46,583 nt of DNA from Candidatus Omnitrophota bacterium. Its GTDB lineage: Bacteria; Omnitrophota; Gorgyraeia; Aquiviventales; Aquiviventaceae. Positions 29,092 through 39,090 of the stretch are shown piece after piece (within the stretch, counting starts at the first letter, position 1; each line of letters starts with the position of its first letter). The notes below the pieces were generated by a model. That model saw only the letters and a list, made by a program, of their open reading frames with translations. It was not told where the DNA came from and did no database searches. Location: positions 314 through 46,896 of the forward strand of contig JAHFGW010000004.1 in NCBI GenBank assembly GCA_023247235.1, given 5' to 3'. The translations under genes and the position numbers were made by a program.

Positions 29092-29171
29092 GTGGCTGCC
29101 TTAATCTGTTGAACTTCCCCTGGCGGGTTCGCCGTCTGGGACCGGAGCGCTCCTGGCGGAGCGCGAGGAGC

Positions 29172-30389
29172 CTAGTCCTCGACGGCGCTCAGCAGATGGC
29201 CGAGCTTGTCACGCTTGCTCTGCAAGTAGCGAGTGTTCTCAGGGCGCGGGGCGATCTCGATGGGGACCCGCTCGACCACCCGCAAGCCATAGCCTTCAAG
29301 GCCGATAATCTTGCGGGGGTTGTTCGTCAGGAGCCGCAGGTCCTTCAGGCCGAGGTCCACGAGGATCTGTGCCCCGATGCCGTACTCCCGCAGGTCCGGC
29401 GGGAAGCCCAGCGCCCGGTTGGCCTCGACCGTATCGAGCCCCTGGTCCTGCAGCGCGTAGGCCTTCAGCTTGTTGGCCAGGCCGATGCCGCGCCCTTCCT
29501 GATTGATATAGAGGATCACGCCGCGCTCCGCCTCGGCGATCATATGCATCGCACGGTGCAGCTGCGGCCCGCAATCGCAGCGCAGGCTGCCGAACACATC
29601 GCTCGTCAAACACTGCGAGTGCACGCGCACCAGGACCGGCTCACCGCGGTCCACCTCGCCGCGCACCAGCGCCAAGTGCTGTCGATCGTCAATGGTCGTC
29701 TCATAGAGGATGAGACTGAACTCGCCGAATGCCGTCGGCAGCTTCGTGGTCGCGGCGCGGCGCACCAATTTCTCAAAGCGCCGGCGATACTCGATGAGGC
29801 TGGCGATCGTGCAGATTTTCAGGCCGTGGCGCTCGGCGAAGGCCAGCAGGTCCTCGGTGCGCGCCATGGTCCCGTCATCCCTCATGATCTCGCAGATCAC
29901 GCCGGCCGCAGGCAGGCCCGCCAGGCGCGCCAAGTCCGTCGCCGCCTCGGTGTGCCCCGCACGCTGGAGGACGCCGCCGTCTTTCGCGCGCAGCGGAAAC
30001 ACATGGCCCGGACGGCAGAGATCCTGCGCGACCGTCTCCGGCGTGACGAGCGCCTGGATCGTCCGCGCGCGGTCCTGGGCGGAAATGCCGGTGGTCACGC
30101 CTCGGCGCGCATCGACCGACACCGTCCAGGCCGTCTTCATCGGATCCTCCGACGGACTCACCATCGGATGGAGTCCCAGGCGATCGAGCGCCCGCCCCTC
30201 CATGGGGACGCAGATGATGCCGCGTCCGTGCGTCGCCATGAAATTGACATGGTCCGGCGTGACAAACGCGGCGGCCATGACCAGGTCGCCTTCATTCTCG
30301 CGGTCTCCGTCATCTACGACGATGACCAGGCGACCCTGGCGGATCTCGTCGAGGATCTCGGGGATCGGGTGGATGCGTAGGTCGCTCAT
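29172..30389 (-). CDS. ribBA: Bifunctional DHBP synthase/GTP cyclohydrolase II
   Basis: [28 protein letters not shown]...[24 protein letters not shown]; start ATG 30389 or TTG 30395. Confidence 0.97.
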   Translation of the reverse strand: MSDLRIHPIPEILDEIRQGRLVIVVDDGDRENEGDLVMAAAFVTPDHVNFMATHGRGIICVPMEGRALDRLGLHPMVSPSEDPMKTAWTVSVDARRGVTTGISAQDRARTIQALVTPETVAQDLCRPGHVFPLRAKDGGVLQRAGHTEAATDLARLAGLPAAGVICEIMRDDGTMARTEDLLAFAERHGLKICTIASLIEYRRRFEKLVRRAATTKLPTAFGEFSLILYETTIDDRQHLALVRGEVDRGEPVLVRVHSQCLTSDVFGSLRCDCGPQLHRAMHMIAEAERGVILYINQEGRGIGLANKLKAYALQDQGLDTVEANRALGFPPDLREYGIGAQILVDLGLKDLRLLTNNPRKIIGLEGYGLRVVERVPIEIAPRPENTRYLQSKRDKLGHLLSAVED

Positions 30390-30401
30390 GCTCAAGAAGT
30401 T

Positions 30402-30430
30402 AGTATAGCGTCCCGGGCGCCGACGGTCAA
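30402..30430 (-). promoter_or_regulatory. Sigma70-type promoter of the rib operon
   Basis: TTGACC (30430-30425)-N17-TATACT (30407-30402) in the smc-ribBA gap. Confidence 0.78.
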
Positions 30431-30442
30431 CCAGGCTGGCCG

Positions 30443-33400
30443 CTAGGCTCGCGCCGGGCTCAGCCGGGCCGAGAGGATCTTGGAGATGCCGGCTTCCTCC
30501 ATGGTCACCCCATAGAGGGAATCGGCCTTGGTGATGGTCTTCTTATTATGCGTAATCAGGATGAATTGGGAGAGGCTTAGGAACTCTTCGAGGACCCGCG
30601 TGAACCGGTCCACATTGGCCTCATCGAGGGGCGCATCGATCTCATCGAGGATGCAGAAGGGCGAGGGCCGAACTTTAAACAACGCAAAGAGCAGCGCGAT
30701 GGCGGTCAGCGCCCGCTCGCCGCCGGAGAGCAGGCTGATGCTCTGCAGGCGCTTGCCCGGCGGCTGCGCGACGATCTCGATACCGGTCTCCAGCACGTCC
30801 TCCTCGTCCAGCAGCACGACATCGGCCTTGCCGCCGTTGAACAGGCGGGTGAAGTAGTGCTTGAACTCTTCCTGGATTCTGACGAAGATCTCGCGGAACT
30901 GGGTCCGCGCGGCCCGGTTAATCTGCGCGATGGACGCCTTGAGATCGTCGCGCGCCTTGATGAGGTCCTGCGTCTGCGTCTGGAGAAACTCGTGCCGCCG
31001 CTTCAACTCATCGTACTCTTCGACGGACCCAAGACTGACCGGCCCCAAGCTCTCCAGCGTCGCGCGCAGCTTGCCGACCCGCTCGGCGAGCTCCGCGCGC
31101 TGCTCCGGCGTCAACGCGGGCGTGTCGCTGTGCCGCTCCGCCTCGATCGTAGCCTCGTCAATCTGGTAGAGCTCGCGCAGGCGCTCGACCAGGTGCGTCC
31201 GCCGGAAGCCCCGCTCGGCCAGCTGGCGCTCCTGGTCTTGGATCTGCTGGGCCAGCGCCGCCAGCTGCTGCTCGACTGCCAGCACCTCCGGCATGACGTG
31301 ATTGCGCTGGGCCTCGGCCTGGCGCAACGCGTCGCTCACTTCCTGCTCTTCGGCGACGCATCGGCCCCGCTCGTCTTCCAGGCGTGGCCTCTCGCGGCGG
31401 TGCGTCTCACGCTCTGCGCTCAGCTGCTGCGCGCGCGCAACCGCCTCCTGTTGCTGCGCGCGCTTCTGCTCCACCTGCTGCCCCAAGCGCGCGCGTTCGG
31501 CGTCGACTTCCTCCCGGCGTTGGCGCACGACGGCGGCGCGTTCGGTCAACGACTGGCGCGAGGCCTCCCGCTGGGCCTTGGCGACCAAGGCTTGTTGGCG
31601 CTCGTGCTCGGCCGTTTCGCGCGTCGCCTGCGCCTCCGCCAGCGCGCGTTCGATCGTCTCCTGGCTTCGCTCGGCTTCCTGCGCCGCCCGCTCCGCTCCG
31701 GTCAGGGTGGCCGTCACTTCTTTAGCTTGCGCGCCCAGCTCTTGCGTGTCCAGCTCCGCCGCGCGCTGCTCGTCTTCGATGCGCCGGCTCTCCTCGCGCA
31801 GCTGCGCGATCACCTGGTCGAGCTTCTGCAGAGCTGGGACGACCTGGGCGAGCTGCCCTTTGTCGGATTCTTGTTGGCCGAGCAGCGTCTGCCACTGGTC
31901 TTCGGCCGCTTTCGCGGACGTCACGGCATCCTCCACCGTGCGCGTCCACGTCTCCACCGCCGCCTCGGCTTGCTCCCACCGCTGCCGGCGGCCGAATCGA
32001 CTGGGACCGCCGGCTCCGTTAAAGCGCCAGGAGCGACGATCCCATCGGTCTCCCCGAGGGCTCACCAGGCGCCGGCGCGGCACGTCACGCTCCCCCAGCA
32101 GCCGCTCGATGTCATCGATGACCCACGAATCATCCAGGAGCCAATCGACCAACGGCTGGTAGCCGCCCTTGCCCCGGACAAACTGCTTCACAGCGCCCGT
32201 CAGGCCGGCTTGCGAAGCCGGCTGCTCCATCGGCAGCGGCTGGCGCGGACAATCTTCCAAGACGATGAAGCGGCAACTCTCCAGGGTCTTGGTGCTGAGC
32301 GCCTGCCGGCAGCGGACCAGCGCTCGGCGGTCGCGCACGACAATCGCCTCGACGAGCGGCCCGAGCGCGGCCTCGGCGAGCGGTTCATAGCCCGGCGCGG
32401 TCTCCAAGAGATCGACGAGCGGCCCCAGCACGCCGTCAATGGGCTCGGCCATGAGCGACTTGACGGCCTCGGGAAATCCTTCAAACCGCCGCCACAACCC
32501 TTCGAACACCTCGCGCTGCGCCCGGGCTGCAGCCAGCTGCTCCTGCGCCTGGTGCACGCGCACGGTCAGTTCATCTCGTCGAGCGAGCGCCTGGGCCAGC
32601 GTCTGCGCGCTGGATGCGCTGCGGTGCTCCAGCGCCTCGGCCTGCTGGCGCGTCAGGTCCTGCTCGCGGCTGGCCGTCTCCAGCCGCCCGCGCACGTCCT
32701 GCGCGCGCGTGCCCAACTGGGCGCGCTGCCCTTCGAGCCGGCCAAGGCGGGCGTCGAGTGCTTTAAGCCGCGTGGTCGCCTCGATCACGGTGTTGCGGCT
32801 TTGGGCCGCCTCAGAGGCCGCCCCAAAGAGCTGGGCTTTCGCCTCGGTCAGGCTGGCCAGGGCCTGTTGGATGATGCCGTCGATCTGGGCCAGGCGCTCA
32901 CCGGCCTGCGCGGCGTCGGTTCCCGCGCCCTCAAGCGCTTGCAGGAGTTCCGCCTCCTGCACCGCGCCCTGGGCTGCCTGCTCCTCACACTGCTGCAGCC
33001 GGCCGGCCAGTTGCGCCGTCTCCAACTCCAGCTGCTTCGCCTGCGACGTCAGCTGCTCGATCCATCCGGTCTTCAACTGCAGCTGGCTGGCATGCTGTTC
33101 AACCTGGCTGGCCACTTCGACGCGCCGCGTCTGGAGCGCCTGGAGCCGTTGCTGAATGGCGGACACGGCGGCATTGCAGGACTCAAGCGAGCTCAGGCGC
33201 GCTTGCTTTTGGGCGTCCAGCTCGGCGCGCTGGGCGCTCAGCGTCTTGACGCGCTCCTCGACTTCCGCGTCGCGGGCACCCCCCTGGCGCAGCTCATCCA
33301 CGGCCACTCGAAGCTCCATCGACTTCAGCTGCTCCCATTGCTCCTTGTACCGGCGCGCCTTCGCCGCTTGACGCTCCAGGGCCGAAACCTGGCGGCGGAC

Positions 33401-33991
33401 TTCCGAGGCGATGTCCGCCAGACGCACCAAGTGCTCCTCGACTTCCTCCAGGCGCCGCGTCGTCTCCTGCTTCTTGGCGAGGTACTTGGCGACACCGCTC
33501 GCTTCTTCGAAGACGACGCGCCGCTCCTCCGGCTTGGACGAGAGGACCATGTCGATATGGCCCTGCTCGATGATCGCATAGGTGCCGCCGCCCAGGCCCG
33601 TGCCCAAAAAGAGCTGCTGGATGTCCTTCAGGCGGCAGGGAGCCTGGTTGATGGCGTATTCGCTTTCTCCGGAGCGGTACACCCGGCGGGTAATCTCGAC
33701 CTCAGAAAACGCGATGGGCAGCAGGCCCCGTTGGTTGTCGATGCTGAGGGTAACCTCGGCAACCGACAGGGGGGCCGCGTTGTCGGTCCCGTTGAAGATG
33801 ACGTCTTCCAGGCGCGGGGCGCGCACGTCGCGGGGATTATGCTCGCCCAGCACCCAGCGGATGGCATCTACAAGATTAGACTTGCCGCTCCCGTTCGGCC
33901 CCACGATGGCGGTCACGCCGGGCTCGAAGTGGATGGTCGTCTTGTGCGCGAAGGACTTAAAGCCGTAGAGCTCGAGTTTCTTGACTCGCAT
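30443..33991 (-). CDS. smc: Chromosome segregation protein SMC
   Basis: GFKSFA, Walker [10 protein letters not shown], long coiled coils flanking a hinge, LSGGE signature, Walker [15 protein letters not shown]. Confidence 0.97.
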   Translation of the reverse strand: MRVKKLELYGFKSFAHKTTIHFEPGVTAIVGPNGSGKSNLVDAIRWVLGEHNPRDVRAPRLEDVIFNGTDNAAPLSVAEVTLSIDNQRGLLPIAFSEVEITRRVYRSGESEYAINQAPCRLKDIQQLFLGTGLGGGTYAIIEQGHIDMVLSSKPEERRVVFEEASGVAKYLAKKQETTRRLEEVEEHLVRLADIASEVRRQVSALERQAAKARRYKEQWEQLKSMELRVAVDELRQGGARDAEVEERVKTLSAQRAELDAQKQARLSSLESCNAAVSAIQQRLQALQTRRVEVASQVEQHASQLQLKTGWIEQLTSQAKQLELETAQLAGRLQQCEEQAAQGAVQEAELLQALEGAGTDAAQAGERLAQIDGIIQQALASLTEAKAQLFGAASEAAQSRNTVIEATTRLKALDARLGRLEGQRAQLGTRAQDVRGRLETASREQDLTRQQAEALEHRSASSAQTLAQALARRDELTVRVHQAQEQLAAARAQREVFEGLWRRFEGFPEAVKSLMAEPIDGVLGPLVDLLETAPGYEPLAEAALGPLVEAIVVRDRRALVRCRQALSTKTLESCRFIVLEDCPRQPLPMEQPASQAGLTGAVKQFVRGKGGYQPLVDWLLDDSWVIDDIERLLGERDVPRRRLVSPRGDRWDRRSWRFNGAGGPSRFGRRQRWEQAEAAVETWTRTVEDAVTSAKAAEDQWQTLLGQQESDKGQLAQVVPALQKLDQVIAQLREESRRIEDEQRAAELDTQELGAQAKEVTATLTGAERAAQEAERSQETIERALAEAQATRETAEHERQQALVAKAQREASRQSLTERAAVVRQRREEVDAERARLGQQVEQKRAQQQEAVARAQQLSAERETHRRERPRLEDERGRCVAEEQEVSDALRQAEAQRNHVMPEVLAVEQQLAALAQQIQDQERQLAERGFRRTHLVERLRELYQIDEATIEAERHSDTPALTPEQRAELAERVGKLRATLESLGPVSLGSVEEYDELKRRHEFLQTQTQDLIKARDDLKASIAQINRAARTQFREIFVRIQEEFKHYFTRLFNGGKADVVLLDEEDVLETGIEIVAQPPGKRLQSISLLSGGERALTAIALLFALFKVRPSPFCILDEIDAPLDEANVDRFTRVLEEFLSLSQFILITHNKKTITKADSLYGVTMEEAGISKILSARLSPARA

Positions 33992-33999
33992 GCCTGCCT

Positions 34000-34797
34000 T
34001 TACCCAACAATATCTTCCCCGCCATCCGTGCCGATGACGTTGCCAGTCACCCACTCGGTCCCGGAATTTGACAGCGCGGCGATCGCCCGGGCGACGTCCT
34101 CGGGCGTCGTCAGCCGCCGGTAGGGATTGCGCCGACGCGAGAACTCCATCATTTCCTCATTCCCCGGGATCTTGCGCAGCGCCGGCGTGTCCGTCACGCC
34201 CGCGCGAATGCAGTTGGCCGTCACGCCGTAGGGGGCGAGCTCCATCGCCAGCTGCCGCACGTGCGATTCCAGCGCCGCCTTGGCCGCGGAAACCGCGCCG
34301 TAGGTGGGCCACACGCGGGTGCCGCCGGAGCTGGTCATCGCGAAAATCCGCGAGCCCTTGCCCAGCAGCTTCCGCGCGATCAGGTCTTGCACCCAGTAGA
34401 CCACGCTGTTCGCCATGACGTCGAGCGTCATGTCCATTTGGTCTTTGGTCAGCTGGTCCTTGGGATGCTCGGTGACATACGGCTTCAAGGTGCCAAATGC
34501 CAGCGAGTGCATCAGGACGGTGATCGGCGCCCCGCCCAGCTTCGGCTGCGCCTGGTCGAGCACCTCCTGGCGCTTCATCGGATCGGCGGCATTGACATTG
34601 AAGAAGAGGGTCTGCGCCCCGCTGCGCTGCAACTCACTGATCAGCTGCTCCACGCCGGCCATGGCGCCTTTGCGATCCAGATGCACGCCGAGAATGTGCA
34701 TGCCCTGTTTGGCGAGCTCCCGCGAGGCGGCGGCGCCGAACCCGCTCGAGGCGCCCAGGATGAGCGCCCACTTGCCTGTCAGATTGCCTGCGGCCAT
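34000..34797 (-). CDS. SDR oxidoreductase, FabL-like enoyl-ACP reductase
   Basis: GASSGFG, YxxxxxxK (YGAVSAAK), AGVTDTPAL; GGAGG RBS upstream. Confidence 0.8.
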   Translation of the reverse strand: MAAGNLTGKWALILGASSGFGAAASRELAKQGMHILGVHLDRKGAMAGVEQLISELQRSGAQTLFFNVNAADPMKRQEVLDQAQPKLGGAPITVLMHSLAFGTLKPYVTEHPKDQLTKDQMDMTLDVMANSVVYWVQDLIARKLLGKGSRIFAMTSSGGTRVWPTYGAVSAAKAALESHVRQLAMELAPYGVTANCIRAGVTDTPALRKIPGNEEMMEFSRRRNPYRRLTTPEDVARAIAALSNSGTEWVTGNVIGTDGGEDIVG

Positions 34798-34825
34798 TCA
34801 CGTCCTCCGTCGTTGTGTCCGGACG

Positions 34826-34854
34826 AGCTTACCATCGGCGTCCGATGCCTGCAA
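34826..34854 (-). promoter_or_regulatory. Putative promoter for SDR-smc with a palindrome in the spacer
   Basis: TTGCAG-N17-TAAGCT with extended -10 TG; the spacer holds CATCGG-cgt-CCGATG (34833-34847). Confidence 0.5.
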
Positions 34855-34896
34855 CCGCTTCTGAGGCGGCTCGCGTCCATGGGGCGCGTGCGGGTG

Positions 34897-36792
34897 TTAC
34901 GGCGTGTTGGAAGGTTCTTGGGACTGCCGGTATTCCGCCCCCATCTTGAAGCGCACTTCGGTCGCCGGCGAGCCATCCGGGAATGAGGGGAACGGCTGCG
35001 CCTGCTGCAGGGCATCCTGCGCGGCTTTCACGAACGTCTGGCCCTGGGGGCTGGTGATCATCGGCTCGCCGACCAATTGCCCGTCATGGCTGAGGACGAA
35101 CGAAATGACGACCGAGCCGTCTCCCAGCGACGCGAAGCGAAACTGCTCCGCCAAGTGCCGCTCCAGACGCCGGCGCAACCGCTGCCGGTACGCGTCGGAG
35201 ACCGGCTCGCGCAACGCGACCACCGCCTTCTCGTCGCCTGTCTGCGCAATCGGCCCGGGCTCCGCGATCGTGACGTCATGCGAGCCATCCGGTAGGACGA
35301 TCTGCGGCGTCAGGAAGACGACCAGCTCGGTCTTGTCTCGCTTATCAATCGTGCCGCGAAACGGCAAGCCCACGAAGGGCAGGTCGCCCAGCAGCGGCAG
35401 CCGCTTGTTGGTGAGCGCCGTCGTCCCCTCAATCAAGCCGCCGATGATGACCGTGGACCCGCTCTTCACCAGGACGGTCGTCTCCGCCTCGGTGGAGGTG
35501 ACGATCGGGATGCGGTTGTCCTTGAACTCCTTGACCTCGGCGGAGCTGACTTCGGGCCTGACCTTGAGCTGCACAAATCCATCCCGCTTGATTTGCGGCG
35601 TCACATAGAGCTTGGTGCCGACATCCACGAATTCGATTTCCTGCGCGGTGACCGTCGAGCCGGTCGCCGGCACGGTCGTGGTGGTGGTGACGAACGCCTC
35701 GCGCTTGCCGACCAGGATCTTCGCCTCTTGGTTGTTGGAGACCATGATGCGCGGGCTGGACAGCGTGTCGGTCTTGGTCACGCTCTTGAGGGCCTCGATG
35801 ACGAGCTTGGTGCTGGAGCCGGGCGTCAGGAGCTTGACGCCCAATCCGCTGGCCGTCCCCGCCACCACGTCACCGCTGACGGTGTCGAAGCTGCCTGCGG
35901 CTGCGGCGTCAGCGCCTGCGAACACTCGCGCCCAGTCCACGCCGAGATCCATCTCGTCCGTCAAGGTGACCTTGATGATTTTTGCCTCGATCAGGACTTC
36001 GCCGTCCGGCGTGTCGAACGCCCGCACGAGCCGGTCGATCTTCACCAAGACCTCATCAAGATCCGTAATGACGGCTGTGTTCGTCCGCTTGTCGACGGTG
36101 ACCGTGCCGATGGGCGTCAGGAGCTCCTGCACCTTTTCCTTAAGCTGCTCGGCGTCCGCGTAATCGAGCCGGTAGATTCGGTTATGCGTCGGGCGGTCCA
36201 GCTCAATGAGCAACCCCTGCATTTCCTTCAAGCGCACCGGCACGTCGTTGAGGATCAGCGTGTTGGAGGCTTCGTCGACGACGACTTGGCCCACCGCGGA
36301 CTTGAGCTGGTTCAAGGCGGTGGCCACCTGGACGGCCTTGCCGTACTTCAGCGAGGCGACCACGCGCTCCTTGCGCTCCTGGAACTTCTCCCCGAAGAGC
36401 AGCTCATAGTCGCGCGCGGCCATCACGGTCACGATGTCCCCGCGCCGCTCATAGGCGAGTTCGTTCGCATCGACGATGCGTTCAAACGCTTCCCAGACGT
36501 CGACATCATTCACGAAGATGGTCACGCGGCCCGTCACATTGCGCCCGGCGACGAAGTTCAGCCCGCTGCGCTGCGAGAGCAGCTTGAGCACATCGAGGAT
36601 ATCCACGCCCTTCAAATCCAAGGAGAGGCGCTTGCCGGTCTCCATCGCCGCCGGCGGCGTGAGGGCGGGCGCCTCGGCCCGCGCCGCGATCGACACGCCC
36701 AGCAGCAGCCCCGCGATCCCCAGGACCATGCCCGTCCCCATGCGCCTGGCCATTCGCCCCCACCCCCTCCGCGTTGTTGGCGCCAGCCTCAT
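34897..36792 (-). CDS. gspD: Secretin (GspD/PilQ family) with C-terminal TonB-like extension
   Basis: Signal peptide, N0/STN domain (LSLDLKGVDILDVLKLL), N3-type repeats, VLIEAKI, LSSPRI, VGTKLYVTPQI, VIIGGLI, PLLGDLP, TELVVFLTPQIV, then about 130 extra residues. Confidence 0.92.
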   Translation of the reverse strand: MRLAPTTRRGWGRMARRMGTGMVLGIAGLLLGVSIAARAEAPALTPPAAMETGKRLSLDLKGVDILDVLKLLSQRSGLNFVAGRNVTGRVTIFVNDVDVWEAFERIVDANELAYERRGDIVTVMAARDYELLFGEKFQERKERVVASLKYGKAVQVATALNQLKSAVGQVVVDEASNTLILNDVPVRLKEMQGLLIELDRPTHNRIYRLDYADAEQLKEKVQELLTPIGTVTVDKRTNTAVITDLDEVLVKIDRLVRAFDTPDGEVLIEAKIIKVTLTDEMDLGVDWARVFAGADAAAAGSFDTVSGDVVAGTASGLGVKLLTPGSSTKLVIEALKSVTKTDTLSSPRIMVSNNQEAKILVGKREAFVTTTTTVPATGSTVTAQEIEFVDVGTKLYVTPQIKRDGFVQLKVRPEVSSAEVKEFKDNRIPIVTSTEAETTVLVKSGSTVIIGGLIEGTTALTNKRLPLLGDLPFVGLPFRGTIDKRDKTELVVFLTPQIVLPDGSHDVTIAEPGPIAQTGDEKAVVALREPVSDAYRQRLRRRLERHLAEQFRFASLGDGSVVISFVLSHDGQLVGEPMITSPQGQTFVKAAQDALQQAQPFPSFPDGSPATEVRFKMGAEYRQSQEPSNTP

Positions 36793-37397
36793 AACGTCAG
36801 CTCAATCGGTTCTCCTGCCAAGTTCAGAATCACGCGCGTCTCGCGAATTTCCTGCACCACCGCCCCCTCGACGACGGTTTGTCCCGTCGTCAAGAAGTAG
36901 GTCTTTTGCGTCTGCGTGTCTTCGATGATGGCCTGGGGCGTGTCCCCGGCCACGATGCCCAACAGGTTCAGCCGGGTGGCGAGCTGGCGCGCCAATCCGC
37001 TGGGCGCTTGCGCGGCTTTGCCGCCGGCGCCGTCGGAGTCCACACCGGTCGGCTCGACAAACAGCGGCCGGGCGCTTGCCGCGGCCAGCGACGGCAGCGG
37101 CAACGGTTGCGGCGCGGGCTCACGCGGCGCCTGAGCCTCGGACTCCGGCGGCAGCGCCCGAAGCGACGCGGGCCGCACCAGGTGATAGGCCAATGCGGCA
37201 AGCTCCACGGCGATCAGCACCGCCAGCACGCCTGCGGCCCATTGTGGCCAGCGCCCAATCGCCTCGCGCGGCGTCTGCAGTCCACGTCGCCCCAGCCGCG
37301 GCGGAAGGGTCGCGGCCGCTTGGCCTGCGGTCGCCGGGACGGGCTCGCGCGGCTTGGCGCGAAGCAACCTCAACAAGCGTTCTTCAGGCGTGGGCAC
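36789..37397 (-). CDS. GspC/PilP-like inner-membrane protein
   Basis: Single TM, Pro-rich linker, C-terminal HR-like beta domain (LLGIVAGDTPQAIIED...VQEIRETRVIL); ATGA overlap with the secretin start. Confidence 0.75.
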   Translation of the reverse strand: MPTPEERLLRLLRAKPREPVPATAGQAAATLPPRLGRRGLQTPREAIGRWPQWAAGVLAVLIAVELAALAYHLVRPASLRALPPESEAQAPREPAPQPLPLPSLAAASARPLFVEPTGVDSDGAGGKAAQAPSGLARQLATRLNLLGIVAGDTPQAIIEDTQTQKTYFLTTGQTVVEGAVVQEIRETRVILNLAGEPIELTL

Positions 37398-38223
37398 TTT
37401 CGCCGATCCACTGGGATTCAGCGCGCAGCAACTCCTCAATGAGATCCGCATCGACCACGGACCGTTCGTGCATGACGAGCGCCTCCAGGGCGTTGTGGCA
37501 GACCATCGAAATCTTGCGCGGGTAACCCTGGGTGCACCGATAAATCGCCTGGATGGCGTCCGGGGCAAAGAGCGTCTGGCCGATCGGCCACCCGGCGGAT
37601 TCCAGGCGAAACTGGATCAGCTCGCCGGTTTCCCGCTCATCGAGCGGGTTGATGATGTACTTCATCGCCACGCGGTCCATGAAGTTCCTGATCCGTTGGA
37701 TGCGTCCGAGCAATTCCATTTGGCCGAAGATGACGACCTGCAGGAGCTTGAACTCATTGGTCTCGTAGTTGAGCAGCACGCGGAGATTCTCCAGGAGGCT
37801 CATCGACAGCTTTTGCCCCTCGTCGATCAACAGCACGGTCGTCCGTCCCTCGGTCACGCCGGTCTGAAACAGGTGGTGCTCGATCGCTTCTCGGCAATCG
37901 AGGGTGGATTTAAACGCGGGCCGGACGCCGAACATCCGCGTCAAGTGGAGGAGGAACTGGTATTCGGACTCGAAGGTGGGATCCAACAGGATGTGGAAGC
38001 TGAACCCTTCTTCCTGCGGGAAATTGGCCAGGAGTGTGCGCGCCAGCGTCGTCTTGCCCGTGCCCACGTCGCCGAGCATCAGGCACAACCCGCGTTTGAG
38101 CCGAATGGCGATTTCGAGCCGGGTCAAGGCCTGCAGATGAGAGCTGGAGCGAAAGAAGAAGCTCGGATCGGGGCTCGTCGAGAACGGCTCTTGGCTCAAC
38201 CCCAGCACCGCGTAGTAACTCAT
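37384..38223 (-). CDS. ExeA/GspA-family AAA ATPase (ATPase domain only)
   Basis: LGLSQEPFSTSPDP, Walker A GDVGTGKT, Walker B LLIDEGQ, GYPRKI; 279 aa with no TM or peptidoglycan-binding domain. Confidence 0.9.
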   Translation of the reverse strand: MSYYAVLGLSQEPFSTSPDPSFFFRSSSHLQALTRLEIAIRLKRGLCLMLGDVGTGKTTLARTLLANFPQEEGFSFHILLDPTFESEYQFLLHLTRMFGVRPAFKSTLDCREAIEHHLFQTGVTEGRTTVLLIDEGQKLSMSLLENLRVLLNYETNEFKLLQVVIFGQMELLGRIQRIRNFMDRVAMKYIINPLDERETGELIQFRLESAGWPIGQTLFAPDAIQAIYRCTQGYPRKISMVCHNALEALVMHERSVVDADLIEELLRAESQWIGESAHA

Positions 38224-38474
38224 GCGGGCGTCTCGTGCAGCCGCTGCGAGATTTCCGAGAGGCTCTTCGCCTCTTTGCGCCAGAGACGGATTTGCGAAAG
38301 CCGCTCCACGGTGTCTTGATTGAAAAACCGGAAGCGCGTGGCGGGACTGCGGCCGGCCTCTTCGATAAGGCCGAGTTTGAGGTAGTACTTCAAGGTGTGG
38401 ACGGAGTGCCCGCTGAGCCTCGATAAGTCCTTCAGAAGAAGGATGTTATTCGTATCTTGACTCGGTCGGGTCAT
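38220..38474 (-). CDS. Small MerR-family HTH protein (no effector domain)
   Basis: LKDLSRLSGHSVHTLKYYLKLGLI...RFRFF...SLSEI; about 84 aa; ATGA overlap with the exeA-like gene. Confidence 0.85.
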   Translation of the reverse strand: MTRPSQDTNNILLLKDLSRLSGHSVHTLKYYLKLGLIEEAGRSPATRFRFFNQDTVERLSQIRLWRKEAKSLSEISQRLHETPA

Positions 38475-38482
38475 CTCCACTC

Positions 38483-38526
38483 TCTACTCGGAGAGTAGAA
38501 ATAACATAGCCACAGAGAACCGTCAA
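38483..38526 (-). promoter_or_regulatory. Putative promoter and palindromic operator upstream of the MerR gene
   Basis: TTGACG (38526-38521)-N17-TATTTC with TG extension; perfect dyad TCTACTC-N3-GAGTAGA (38483-38499). Confidence 0.55.
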
Positions 38527-38559
38527 GATAAATCGGGGAGTGGTGCGAGGGCAAACAGC

Positions 38560-39090
38560 TTACCGATGGAGCACGAGTTGCTCCATCACCAAGTGGGCGC
38601 GCAAGAGGCCTTGCCGGCCGGGGGCGCTGGAGATGTGCAACCGCTTAATTTCGATCAGTCGCGGCATACTAAACAGCGCATCAAGGAAGGCGAGCAGCTG
38701 GTCCTGCGGCGCGCTGAGATCAATCTCGAGTCCCACGCGCGTCACTTCCCCGCGTCGCAGGGCGGGCTTGGGCCGGAGATCGACTTGCACATCCGCGCGG
38801 CGAGCCAAGGCCTCGAGTTCTCCGAGGAAGGTCGCAGGATCGATGTCGGGGGCGTCTTCCGAGACGTACGGCTGGATCAGCTGATACTCGCGGTCGATCG
38901 CCTGCCGCTTGGCGAAAAGCTCGTTCAGCCTGTCCACTTTCGCGGACTGGGATTCTACCTGCTGGCTCAGCTCTTTCGCGCGGCCCCAGAGTGGCTCGAG
39001 CAATTGCGCGATCACGAACCACACGCCTACCGCCAGGACCGCAAAGAGGAACAGGCGGCGCTCCCGAGGATTAATCTTAACGAGCGGCAT
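38560..39090 (-). CDS. GspM/PilO-like protein
   Basis: INPRERRLF plus TM, coiled coil and ferredoxin-like C-terminal domain. Confidence 0.8.
   Translation of the reverse strand: MPLVKINPRERRLFLFAVLAVGVWFVIAQLLEPLWGRAKELSQQVESQSAKVDRLNELFAKRQAIDREYQLIQPYVSEDAPDIDPATFLGELEALARRADVQVDLRPKPALRRGEVTRVGLEIDLSAPQDQLLAFLDALFSMPRLIEIKRLHISSAPGRQGLLRAHLVMEQLVLHR

Noticed and set aside
29092-29171. GC-rich hairpins between ribBA and ribH as an FMN riboswitch
   Set aside because: The gap is only 80 nt and lacks the conserved RFN sequence blocks.
30857-34123. 1088-aa plus-strand ORF
   Set aside because: It is antisense to smc in codon register with no recognisable motifs; a shadow ORF of GC-rich coding sequence.
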